The position numbers and the translations under genes were made by a program. From an uncultured Alphaproteobacteria bacterium (GTDB taxonomy: Bacteria > Pseudomonadota > Alphaproteobacteria > Rs-D84 > CACZYB01), in NCBI GenBank assembly GCA_934246625.1, contig CAKQHZ010000001.1, forward strand, positions 434,964 through 498,963: a stretch of DNA of 64,000 nucleotides. Reading direction: 5' to 3'. Positions 19,487 through 28,030 of the stretch are shown piece by piece. Positions within the stretch are counted from its first letter, which is position 1. Each line of letters opens with the position of its first letter. The notes under the pieces were generated by a model. It had not been told where the DNA came from and ran no database searches. It was given only the letters and a program-made list of their open reading frames with translations.

Positions 19487-21346
19487 TTAGTTTGTTGTTA
19501 TAATATAGCTCATTATTGCTTTGAAAATTTTGGCTGGAATTGTTCCGCCATAGCTTGAGTTTGTCATTGCGGTGTTGTTGTCGTTTCCTATCCATACACC
19601 TGTTATATATTTTGGTGAATATCCAATAAACCATGCGTCGCGGTTGTTTTGGCTTGTTCCTGTTTTACCACAAATATATTCGCCCTTTATATTTGCATTG
19701 GAACCTGTGCCACCTTCGATTACTCGCCTTAACATATAATTCATATTTTCGACTTGGGCTTCGGATAAAAGTTTTCCTACACCACTTCCTTTGCGTTCAT
19801 AAATGATATTGCCATCGGCGTCAGTTATTGTTGTAATTGCATGAGGAATTACGCCATAACCCTTATTTGCAAATGTCGCAAATGCAGATGTTAGGTCAAG
19901 TAGTGTTGTTTCAGAGGTGCCAAGGATTATTGAATAATCGTTGTTTATTTTATCAATAAGTCCAAGTTTTCGTGCGGTAGCAATTATATTTTTTAAACCA
20001 ACTTCCTTTGCAATAGCAACAGGGACTGTGTTAACTGATTTTTCAAGTGCATCAGCCATTGAAATTTCGCCTATGTATTTATCATCATGATTTCTTGGGG
20101 TCCAATTTTCAATCGTTGTTGGTGTGTCGTTAAATATATCGTTTGGTTTGAAACCCTTTTCAAGTGCGGTTAGATAAACAAATGGTTTGAATATTGAACC
20201 TGGTTGGCGTTTCATTTGATTAGTGCGATTAAATTGACTTTCGGTGTAATTTTTACCTCCTACCATTGCAAGAATATCTCCGTTTATATCAATTACAATA
20301 CTTGCGATTTGAGAAAAGTTATACTTCTTTCCGTCTTTTTCAATATAGGTTTTAGTTATGTTTTCAGCAGTTTTTTGTATAGAGTTATCAAGGGTTGTAT
20401 AGATTATAATATCCTTTGAAATATCACTTATTAAAGAGTGCATTTCATTTAAAACATAATCTGTAAAATATCTTATTTGATTATAGTTGTTTGTAGGATT
20501 TTCGTATTTATAATTTAATGCTTCCTTGTATTGTTGTTCGTTTATATAGCCTTGGTCATACATAAGAGCAAGCACAGTTTTTGCACGTTTTAAAGATGCT
20601 TCTGGATTATTTATTGGATTTAGTCTTGTTGGGGCTTTTAACATTCCAGCAAGAATTGCAGATTCAGCAATATTTATATCGTAAATTGATTTGTTGAATA
20701 ATATTTCGGCGGCATTGGCGATGCCATATTTTCCTCCGACAAGAGAAATTCGGTTTAAGTATAAAGAGAGGATTTGATTTTTTGTAAATTTGTTTTCAAG
20801 CCAAAGAGTTATCATAACTTCCTGTATCTTACGGCTTATGGAACGCTTACTTGAAAGGAAAACATTTTTTGCAAGTTGTTGGGTGATGGTGCTTCCACCT
20901 TGGGCGGAGCGATTTCTTATGATGTTATTGACTAAGGCACGGAAAAGACCTCTTATATCCACACCAAAGTGAGAATAAAAACGGCGGTCTTCCACAGCAA
21001 GAACGGCTTGCCATATATGTGGTGGTAATGTTTCAACATCAACAGTTTCCCCGTATATATCATTTATTGCAAAAATTTTTTCATCATTTCGGTCTGCAAT
21101 TATTATGCTTGGTTTCCTTGTTTGATTGGTTATGTGTTCTATGTTTGGAAGTGTTAGTGCAAGGTATAGTAATATAATTGATAAAAAAATTCCTGCCCAT
21201 ATTCCAAAGTATATGAAGTAATAAAAAAATTTACCCCAAAGACCATTTTGGTATTTGTATCCCTTTATTCTTCCGTGATATGCGGGACCACAGTGATATG
21301 ATTTGGCACCACTTGAAAGGCTATATCTAAATTTGTTTATCTTCAT
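19487..21346 (-). CDS. mrcA: Class A penicillin-binding protein (transglycosylase/transpeptidase, PBP1A family, 619 aa)
   Basis: N-terminal TM. GT51 motifs (EDRRFYSHFGVD, GGSTITQQLAKN). Transpeptidase SxxK (SIFKP), SxN and KTG(T) (KTGTS) motifs. Confidence 0.85.
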   Translation of the reverse strand: MKINKFRYSLSSGAKSYHCGPAYHGRIKGYKYQNGLWGKFFYYFIYFGIWAGIFLSIILLYLALTLPNIEHITNQTRKPSIIIADRNDEKIFAINDIYGETVDVETLPPHIWQAVLAVEDRRFYSHFGVDIRGLFRALVNNIIRNRSAQGGSTITQQLAKNVFLSSKRSISRKIQEVMITLWLENKFTKNQILSLYLNRISLVGGKYGIANAAEILFNKSIYDINIAESAILAGMLKAPTRLNPINNPEASLKRAKTVLALMYDQGYINEQQYKEALNYKYENPTNNYNQIRYFTDYVLNEMHSLISDISKDIIIYTTLDNSIQKTAENITKTYIEKDGKKYNFSQIASIVIDINGDILAMVGGKNYTESQFNRTNQMKRQPGSIFKPFVYLTALEKGFKPNDIFNDTPTTIENWTPRNHDDKYIGEISMADALEKSVNTVPVAIAKEVGLKNIIATARKLGLIDKINNDYSIILGTSETTLLDLTSAFATFANKGYGVIPHAITTITDADGNIIYERKGSGVGKLLSEAQVENMNYMLRRVIEGGTGSNANIKGEYICGKTGTSQNNRDAWFIGYSPKYITGVWIGNDNNTAMTNSSYGGTIPAKIFKAIMSYIITTN

Positions 21347-22214
21347 ATTTTATTTTGTTTTGTATTAAAAATGCTTTGATAGTGTTATTCATTAACATTG
21401 CTATTGTCATAGGTCCTACACCTCCAGGAATTGGTGTTATGTAGGAGGCAATTTTTGATACGGATTTGAAATCTATATCTCCTGTTAGTTTTTTTGTTTT
21501 TTCGTTTCGAATCATTGCAACATCAACGATGCAAGCCTTTGGCTTTATATAACTTGCGGTTATTTGATTTGCTTTTGTTCCCATAGCAGATATTAAAATA
21601 TCGGCGGTTTTTGTTATTTCCTTTAGGTGTTTTGTGTGGCTGTGGCAAATTGTTATAGTTGCATTTTTTGCAAGCATAAGTTCAGCCATTGGTTTGCCAA
21701 CGATATTTGAACGACCAAGGATTACAACATTTTTACCATCAATTTTTATTTTATAGTTTTCAAGGAGCTTTAATATTCCAAGTGGAGTGCAAGGAATAAA
21801 ATTTGAATTGTGGGTTGTGGAAAGTAGCCCTTTGTTTATAATATTAAAGCCATCAACATCTTTTTCAGGTGCGATTGCATTTATAACAGTAAATTCGTTT
21901 ATATGTGATGGAAGTGGTAATTGAACAAGTATGCCATTTACCTTTTTATCCTTGTTTAATTTAGTGATAGTTTTTAAAAGTTCGGTTTCTGATGTATTGT
22001 TTGGTAAATGGATTGATAAGGAATTTATTCCAATTTCATCACAGCGTTTTTGTTTATTTTTTACATAAATAAGAGATGCAGGATTATCTCCTACCAAAAT
22101 AACGGCAAGGGTTGGAACCTTTTTGTATTTGGATTTAAGGTTGGTTATGGTTTCCTTGAATAATTCAATGTATTTAGATGCGGTCTTTTTCCCGTCCAAT
22201 AATTTTGCAGTCAT
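21327..22214 (-). CDS. folD: Bifunctional methylenetetrahydrofolate dehydrogenase/cyclohydrolase FolD (295 aa)
   Basis: MTAKLLDGKKTAS...VILVGDNPAS..YV..K and ...GPMTIAMLM motifs typical of FolD. Confidence 0.9.
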   Translation of the reverse strand: MTAKLLDGKKTASKYIELFKETITNLKSKYKKVPTLAVILVGDNPASLIYVKNKQKRCDEIGINSLSIHLPNNTSETELLKTITKLNKDKKVNGILVQLPLPSHINEFTVINAIAPEKDVDGFNIINKGLLSTTHNSNFIPCTPLGILKLLENYKIKIDGKNVVILGRSNIVGKPMAELMLAKNATITICHSHTKHLKEITKTADILISAMGTKANQITASYIKPKACIVDVAMIRNEKTKKLTGDIDFKSVSKIASYITPIPGGVGPMTIAMLMNNTIKAFLIQNKIKYEDKQI

Positions 22215-22272
22215 TTCTTTCTCCTTTTCTTCTATTATAACAAAAAATCTGGGATTTAAAAGTTTTTTATAC

Positions 22273-22301
22273 TTGAAAAGGTGATTTTCAGTTGTTATCT
22301 A
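22273..22301 (+). promoter_or_regulatory. Candidate heat-shock/sigma-70-like promoter upstream of grpE (CTTGAAA -35-like box)
   Basis: CTTGAAA at 22272-22278 resembles the sigma-32 -35 consensus. The downstream -10 is weak (TATCTA). Confidence 0.3.
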
Positions 22302-22336
22302 TATATTATATAATAACTTTATAAAGGAATTTGGAA

Positions 22337-23014
22337 ATGACAGATAAAAAATGGAAAAATAAGCATTATGAAAATACAGATGTTAAAAAAGAATCTGAGT
22401 GTGGTTGTAAGTGTGGTGAAAAATGTAATTGTGAAAAGGATAAATGTGCATCTGGAAATTGTGAATGTGGAAAGGATTGTAAGTGCCATCATGAACATCA
22501 TTGCAATGATTGTGGTGAAGGTGTTGAATGTCCAGATAATGGTTGTGAAAAGGAATTTGATAAAATTGAAAATTTAAAGGCTGAAGTTGCTTCTTGGCAA
22601 GAAAAGTATATAAGGACTTTGGCTGATTGTGAAAATGCAAAACGTCGTGCCGATATTGATGCAAAAAATATGATTGATTATAAAATCGCAAAATTTGCAA
22701 AGGATATGTTGCCTTTGGCTGATAATATTGCTTTGGCTTTGGCTTCTATTGAAGGAAAAGTTGATAGTAGTGTTATTGAAGGTTTGAAATCTATACAATC
22801 TGGTTTTATTAGCGCATTAGAAAAAAATAATATTTGCAAAATTAAAACTGTGGGTGAAAAACTTAATCCTCAGGAACATTGTGTTGTTATGCAAGTTGAT
22901 GACCCAAATGTAGAAGAAGGTGTTGTTGCACGTGAGCTTCAAGCTGGTTATAAGTTGGGTGATAAGGTTATTAGAGAAGCAATGGTCGCAACTTCAAATG
23001 GAAAAAAGAACTAA
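22337..23014 (+). CDS. grpE: Nucleotide exchange factor GrpE with an about 60-aa Cys/His-rich metallothionein-like N-terminal extension
   Basis: GrpE core ...ENLKAEVASWQEKYIRTLADCENAKRRADID... onward. The N-terminus is CGCKCGEKCNCEKDKCASGNCECGKDCKCHHEHHCNDCGEGVECPDNGC. SD AAAGGAA 6 nt before ATG 22337. The ORF track begins at an upstream TTG. Confidence 0.85.
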   Translation: MTDKKWKNKHYENTDVKKESECGCKCGEKCNCEKDKCASGNCECGKDCKCHHEHHCNDCGEGVECPDNGCEKEFDKIENLKAEVASWQEKYIRTLADCENAKRRADIDAKNMIDYKIAKFAKDMLPLADNIALALASIEGKVDSSVIEGLKSIQSGFISALEKNNICKIKTVGEKLNPQEHCVVMQVDDPNVEEGVVARELQAGYKLGDKVIREAMVATSNGKKN

Positions 23015-23369
23015 TTATTCTTTGGGTATAGAGGCAGAAGATAGAGCAAAATCGATTCTTCAAGATAAAGGTTTTGAGATATTGACTTCTCGGTATCAGG
23101 TGGGATATGGGCTTGATGCAGGAGAAGTTGATATAATTGCAGTTGATAAGTCAAAAAAATTATTATTGTTTGTTGAAGTGAAAAAGCGAAAAACTTTGGA
23201 GCTTGCAGGAAATTCAATATTTCAATCACAAATGGATAGAATTTATAATTCAGCAGAGGTTTTTTTATCAAAAGAACCGGCTTTTTGTGATTTTGATTGT
23301 CGATTTGATGCAGTGTTATTTGATGATAAATTTAATTATGAATATTTAGAAAATGCATGGGGATTTTAA
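22998..23369 (+). CDS. yraN: YraN-family (UPF0102) predicted endonuclease
   Basis: GIEAEDRAKSILQDKGFEIL..R......GEVDIIAVDKSKKLLLFVEVKKRK matches the UPF0102 signature. Overlaps the grpE 3' end. Start chosen at MEKRT; the ORF track begins at 22920. Confidence 0.6.
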   Translation: MEKRTNYSLGIEAEDRAKSILQDKGFEILTSRYQVGYGLDAGEVDIIAVDKSKKLLLFVEVKKRKTLELAGNSIFQSQMDRIYNSAEVFLSKEPAFCDFDCRFDAVLFDDKFNYEYLENAWGF

Positions 23370-23416
23370 AACTTCTTGATTTTTAATTTAGTTTAATGTA
23401 TAAATATTCTTACTTT

Positions 23417-23501
23417 GGGAATGTGGCGGAATTGGTAGACGCGGCGGACTCAAAATCCGCTGGGGCGACCCTTGAGAGTTCGATTCTCTCCATTCCTACC
23501 A
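23417..23501 (+). tRNA. tRNA-Leu (anticodon CAA), class II, encoded CCA
   Basis: Hand-folded: acceptor GGGAATG/CATTCCT (G1-U72 wobble), anticodon stem GCGGA/TCCGC with loop CTCAAAA, long variable arm, T-arm GAGAG-TTCGATT-CTCTC. Confidence 0.85.
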
Positions 23502-23625
23502 AACTTTTAAAGTAAAGGCGATTGCCAAACAAGGATACAAACTTACAATTCTAAAACTCCTCACTATCGCTGTTCGTCGTTAAGAATTATTCGTGTTTGT
23601 GTTCTCTGATTCCTGCTAAATTTAG

Positions 23626-23655
23626 AATCAGCATTTTTCGGTGCTGATTTTTTTA
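23626..23655 (+). terminator. Rho-independent terminator (ATCAGCA-N8-TGCTGAT plus T6). Overlaps an alternative upstream hairpin.
   Basis: 7-bp stem at 23627-23648 followed by TTTTTT. The competing hairpin CTGATTC/GAATCAG (23606-23631) shares the AATCAG segment. Confidence 0.55.
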
Positions 23656-23747
23656 TGAAAATTTTCTTGTTTATTTTGAAATAATATTATAAAATGGAAT
23701 TAGTTTTTATAGAAATGTGAAAACTTGGGATTAATGAGGAGAAAACT

Positions 23748-24056
23748 ATGATGAAAAAATTTCTATTATTTTTTTCTATTTTATTTTGTGTATTTTTCAA
23801 AGTGAATTCTTCCGTTTATGCAACTGTAAGCAGCAATTCTCTTGAAAAAATTCTATTTCAATATTGTGTTCCAAAAGAAGGAAATTGTGATGTAAAAGCC
23901 ACATATAAAAACGGTAAATGTATTTGTCCTGGTGATAAATTATATATGGACAGAGAATGTTTTAAACCTGTTTGTCCTTCTGGAACTTATATCTATTATA
24001 GTAACGACACAGATTCTTGTGGTGCGGGAAATTACAGAACAAAAGTCAGAAATTAA
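23748..24056 (+). CDS. Small secreted Cys-rich protein (102 aa) with a QYCVPxEGNCDVKATY module
   Basis: Signal peptide. 10 Cys in about 75 mature residues. Paralogous to 43731..44147. Confidence 0.7.
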   Translation: MMKKFLLFFSILFCVFFKVNSSVYATVSSNSLEKILFQYCVPKEGNCDVKATYKNGKCICPGDKLYMDRECFKPVCPSGTYIYYSNDTDSCGAGNYRTKVRN

Positions 24057-24150
24057 GTTTATGGGAGAACTACTTTCATAATTTTTGTCTGTTCTCTCTC
24101 CATTTAAAAATTTGTCTTTTATATAATAATCAAACAAAAAGGAGAAGACT

Positions 24151-25227
24151 ATGAACAATAAAAAATATATAATATCGGTAATAGGTGTGTTATCTTTTGT
24201 TGGAATTGCACACGCTGCTATTTTTCAATGCAGAACTTGTGAAGAGGGGACTTATGGTGATGGAACATCTGTAAGTTGCACAAAATGTCCGACTGGGGCA
24301 GTTTGTCCTGAGGGAACTGGAGCACCAATTTATTTATCAAATTATAAAGATAAGTTATTATCTGTATGTGGTGAGATAGGTAAGGAAATTGCAATAGATA
24401 CAGGTTTTTCTTCCAGTAATTTTGTTTCAGAAATGATTGATAAACAAAAAGTAAAAATAAATTATAGTGGAGATATAATTAAAAAGGGAGAAAGTGGTTA
24501 TAATTATGCAAGGGCATATTATGAAGTTAGTTGTTATGATCTTGATGGTTATTATGCAAGTAGTGGATATAAAGCTATTACAGATTTTATTCAAAGCAAA
24601 ATATGTAATGATGAATCAGAAGTAAAAAGTCATTTAGAACCTATGAGTTCATCATCAACTTTAACACCTGGAATATATAGGATTGATGTAGCTGGTGCCG
24701 GTGGTGGCGGTGCAGGTGGAAATGCTTGTGGATGGTGTTATGGAGCTGGTGGAGGTTATGGAGGTAATGGTGATTTGCAGACTAGATATATATATTTAGT
24801 TGATAATCAGCCTTATAATTATGTTGTTGGTGCTGGTGGTGGTAATGGTTGTGGTTCTGGTTGTAATCATCGTGGAGTAAATGGTAAGAAAGGTGGAACA
24901 TCATCCTTTACTTTGTTAGGAAATGTTTTTGAGGCATTAGGTGGAGATGGTGGAGAATCTGCACATAGTGGTTGTGATGTGTCTAATGGTAAAAATGGTG
25001 CTGCTGCTGGTAATGGTTTAGGTGGTGTTGGTGGTGAGAATAGATATGGTAACAAATGTGCTTATGATGGAAATACTGGTTGGGTAAAGATTTATCAAAT
25101 TGGTATGAGAAAAACCGGTTGTCCTTCTTTAAGACCATCTACTTCTTCTGGTGGATGTTCTTCAGGTGGTTATTTTGGCGGTTGCTCTACAGGTGGTTAT
25201 TTTGGTGGTTGCTCAGGAGGATACTGA
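24151..25227 (+). CDS. Secreted Cys/Gly-rich protein (358 aa) with an ephrin-receptor/TNFR-like CxxCxxGTY...CxxCPxG repeat, a glycine-rich domain and C-terminal GGYFGGCS repeats
   Basis: Signal peptide ...GIAHA. CRTCEEGTYGDGTSVSCTKCPTGAVCPEGTG. Gly-rich stretch VAGAGGGGAGG...GGGYGGNGD...VVGAGGGNG... C-terminal GGYFGGCSTGGYFGGCSGGY. Confidence 0.75.
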   Translation: MNNKKYIISVIGVLSFVGIAHAAIFQCRTCEEGTYGDGTSVSCTKCPTGAVCPEGTGAPIYLSNYKDKLLSVCGEIGKEIAIDTGFSSSNFVSEMIDKQKVKINYSGDIIKKGESGYNYARAYYEVSCYDLDGYYASSGYKAITDFIQSKICNDESEVKSHLEPMSSSSTLTPGIYRIDVAGAGGGGAGGNACGWCYGAGGGYGGNGDLQTRYIYLVDNQPYNYVVGAGGGNGCGSGCNHRGVNGKKGGTSSFTLLGNVFEALGGDGGESAHSGCDVSNGKNGAAAGNGLGGVGGENRYGNKCAYDGNTGWVKIYQIGMRKTGCPSLRPSTSSGGCSSGGYFGGCSTGGYFGGCSGGY

Positions 25228-25244
25228 TAATATATTAATAAATT

Positions 25245-25271
25245 TTCCCCTCTTTGTAGGGGAATTTTTTT
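25245..25271 (+). terminator. Rho-independent terminator (TTCCCCT-N6-AGGGGAA plus T-run)
   Basis: 7-bp stem followed by TTTTTTT directly after the 24151..25227 stop. Confidence 0.7.
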
Positions 25272-25428
25272 AAGAAGAAAAACCAATTTATAGATTTTGC
25301 TTTGCTTTTGCCTAATCTTTTGTTATTATATTTCATGCAGGGAATAGTTTTTATATTATTTATTTTTTCCTTTGCTGTTCCTTGTTTCGGGAGGGGAAAT
25401 TTAAGACCATGAACAATTTCAATTCCTG

Positions 25429-25460
25429 AAAAAAAGGAGGGCTTTAAAACCCTCCTTTTT
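25429..25460 (-). terminator. Bidirectional rho-independent terminator downstream of infB (GGAGGG-N8-CCCTCC flanked by A7 and T5)
   Basis: Perfect 6-bp GC stem at 25436-25455. A-run on plus strand gives T-run on minus, just after the infB stop at 25484. Confidence 0.65.
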
Positions 25461-25483
25461 CTTTTATCTTTTTTATTTTATGA

Positions 25484-28003
25484 TTAAAGAGTTGCTTTTA
25501 CCTCTTCTACTTCATAACATTCAAGTCTGTCGCCAACTTGGATATCATTAAAGTTTTCAAATGAAATACCGCATTCCATTCCTGAACGAACTTCCTTTAC
25601 ATCATCTTTCATACGTTTAAGTTGTGCAAGTTTGCCTTCGAAAATAACGATGTTATCGCGAAGCATACGAACACCACAACCTTTCTTTACTATACCTTCG
25701 GTTACCTTACATCCAGCAGCCTTTGCCTTACCAGCATTGAATACTTGTAATACATCGGCATATCCAATAAAGGTTTCCTTTACTACAGGGGCAAGAAGTC
25801 CAGACATAAGAACCTTTACATCATCAATAATGTTATAAATAATTGAGTAGTATCTTATATCTACTTCGTCGTGATGAGCTTGTTCCTTTGCATTGGCATT
25901 TGCACGAACATTGAAAGCAATGATTACAGAGCCAGTTGTTTTTGCAAGTGTAATATCGGATTCGTTAATACCACCAACACCAGAGTGCATAACCTTTACT
26001 TGGACCTTTTCTGATGGAATCTTTATCAAAGATTCGGCAATCGCTTCGGCTGAACCTTGGGTGTCGGCCTTGATTATAACAGGAAGTGTTTCGGCACGAC
26101 CTTCTTTGATGTTTTGGAAAAGTTCTTGCCAGTTTGATTTTTTTGCAATCATTTGGCGTTCTTTTTCTTTTCTTTTTCTGTATTCTGATACTTCGCGAGC
26201 TTTGGCTTCGGATTCAACAACAACAAAGTCATCGCCAGCAACTGGAGTTCCTTCGAATCCAAGAACGACTACTGGTTGAGAAGGTCTTGCTTCTTGAACC
26301 TTTTTACCATATTCGTCAAGGAGTTCACGAACCTTTCCAGTTGATGAACCAGATACGAAAATATCACCCTTTTTAAGGATACCTTTTTGAACAAGGATTG
26401 TTGCAACGGAACCTTTACCCTTTTCCATTTTGGCTTCAATAACGGCACCCTTTACTAATCCGTTAACGTCAGCCTTTAATTCAAGCATATCTGCTTGTAA
26501 AAGGATAAGTTCTTCCAGTTTATCAAGGTTGATTTTTTGTTTTGCTGAAATTTCAACGTCAAGAACATCACCACCCATTTTTTCAACAACTACACCTTGT
26601 TGAAGAAGGTCCATACGAACCTTTTCTGGATTTGCATCTGGTAAATCGATTTTGTTAATTGCGACAATCATTGGAACGTTTGCTGCCTTTGCATGATTGA
26701 TAGCTTCAATGGTTTGAGGCATTATTCCATCGTTTGCAGCAACAACAAGAATTACTATATCTGTGATATTAACACCACGAGCACGCATAGCTGAAAAGGC
26801 TTCGTGTCCTGGGGTATCAATGAAAGTAATTTTTCGACCGGATTTTGATTTGATTTGGTATGCACCAATGTGTTGTGTAATACCACCAGCTTCACCACTT
26901 ACAACATCAGTTTTACGGAAAGCATCAAGAAGTGATGTTTTACCATGGTCAACGTGTCCCATAACTGTTACAACAGGTGGGCGAGATTCAAATTTTTCAT
27001 TTGCTGTATTTTCAACAAGAATTTCCTTTTCAATATCGGAATCAGATACACGTTTTACAGTATGACCAAATTCCATAACAATCAATTCAGCAGTGTCGGC
27101 ATCAATAATTTGATTGATTGTTGCCATAATGCCAAGTTTCATCATTGTTTTGATAACATCACTGCTTTTTTCAGCCATACGGATAGCCAAATCCTTTACA
27201 GAAATTGTTTCAGGAAGTATTACTTCGTGATAAGTTTTAACTGTTTCCTTTGGTTCTTGGCGTTCCATAAATTTACGATATTGTTTTTCCTTTTGTCTTT
27301 TGATTGAGGCAAAAGAACGGCGTTTTTGATATGTGCCAACGGCTTCCATTGCAGAAGTAAGAGAATTTGATGGAGCTTCTGAAGCATCGTCTTCTTCATC
27401 AAAATCCAAATCACTGCTTGAAACGATGATATTTGAAAAGTTTATTTTTCTGTTGTCATAAGATGATTTATTCTTTTTTGATTTTTTATCATCATCAGAA
27501 GATTTATTTTTTTTACCTTTGGTTTTATAGGATTCTTCTTCCTCTTCATCATCTTCTTCTGCATAAACATCTTTGTTCTTTTTATATTTTTTTTGTTCAG
27601 AAGGTTGTTCTTCGGTTTTTATATCTGTTGAAGATGGTTTTTCTTCTGAAATAATAGTTTGAGTTTTGGTTTCAGCTTCAATTTCTTCCTCAACCTTTTT
27701 ATTTAATTCTTCTTGGGCCTTTCTTTCTTGTTCGATTAGGGCAAGACGTTCACGTTCAGCCTTTGCAAGGAGTTCTTGTTCCTCCTTTGCAGATTCTTCG
27801 ATACGTTTTGCATTTGCAAGAATATTTTTAAGTTTATCGGCCTTTTTAGAATCGATTTCAGGTTGTTCAGTTGAAGGAGAAGAGGTATTTTCATTGCTTG
27901 AAAAAACACGTCTTTTCTTTATAACTTCAACCTCGATTCCATTTGAACGAGATGTAGATGAAGGAACTTTTGTTCCAAGTTTTAATGTTAATTTTCCAGC
28001 CAT
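25484..28003 (-). CDS. infB: Translation initiation factor IF-2 (839 aa)
   Basis: G-domain [24 protein letters not shown]. Low-complexity K/E-rich N-terminal region. nusA-infB synteny. Confidence 0.95.
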   Translation of the reverse strand: MAGKLTLKLGTKVPSSTSRSNGIEVEVIKKRRVFSSNENTSSPSTEQPEIDSKKADKLKNILANAKRIEESAKEEQELLAKAERERLALIEQERKAQEELNKKVEEEIEAETKTQTIISEEKPSSTDIKTEEQPSEQKKYKKNKDVYAEEDDEEEEESYKTKGKKNKSSDDDKKSKKNKSSYDNRKINFSNIIVSSSDLDFDEEDDASEAPSNSLTSAMEAVGTYQKRRSFASIKRQKEKQYRKFMERQEPKETVKTYHEVILPETISVKDLAIRMAEKSSDVIKTMMKLGIMATINQIIDADTAELIVMEFGHTVKRVSDSDIEKEILVENTANEKFESRPPVVTVMGHVDHGKTSLLDAFRKTDVVSGEAGGITQHIGAYQIKSKSGRKITFIDTPGHEAFSAMRARGVNITDIVILVVAANDGIMPQTIEAINHAKAANVPMIVAINKIDLPDANPEKVRMDLLQQGVVVEKMGGDVLDVEISAKQKINLDKLEELILLQADMLELKADVNGLVKGAVIEAKMEKGKGSVATILVQKGILKKGDIFVSGSSTGKVRELLDEYGKKVQEARPSQPVVVLGFEGTPVAGDDFVVVESEAKAREVSEYRKRKEKERQMIAKKSNWQELFQNIKEGRAETLPVIIKADTQGSAEAIAESLIKIPSEKVQVKVMHSGVGGINESDITLAKTTGSVIIAFNVRANANAKEQAHHDEVDIRYYSIIYNIIDDVKVLMSGLLAPVVKETFIGYADVLQVFNAGKAKAAGCKVTEGIVKKGCGVRMLRDNIVIFEGKLAQLKRMKDDVKEVRSGMECGISFENFNDIQVGDRLECYEVEEVKATL

Positions 28004-28030
28004 TTAATACCTCTTTATATTTTTATTGTT

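Noticed and set aside
22319-22798. Four overlapping ORFs (both strands) over the grpE N-terminal Cys-rich region
   Set aside because: They arise from the repetitive TGT/AAA-rich sequence encoding the Cys/Lys cluster. The grpE frame is the only one continuous with a conserved domain and preceded by an SD.
25228-25483. 255-nt ORF-free spacer between the Cys/Gly-rich gene and infB
   Set aside because: It contains two clear terminators (25245-25271 and 25429-25460) and AT-rich filler. Nothing suggests a gene or structured RNA beyond those hairpins.
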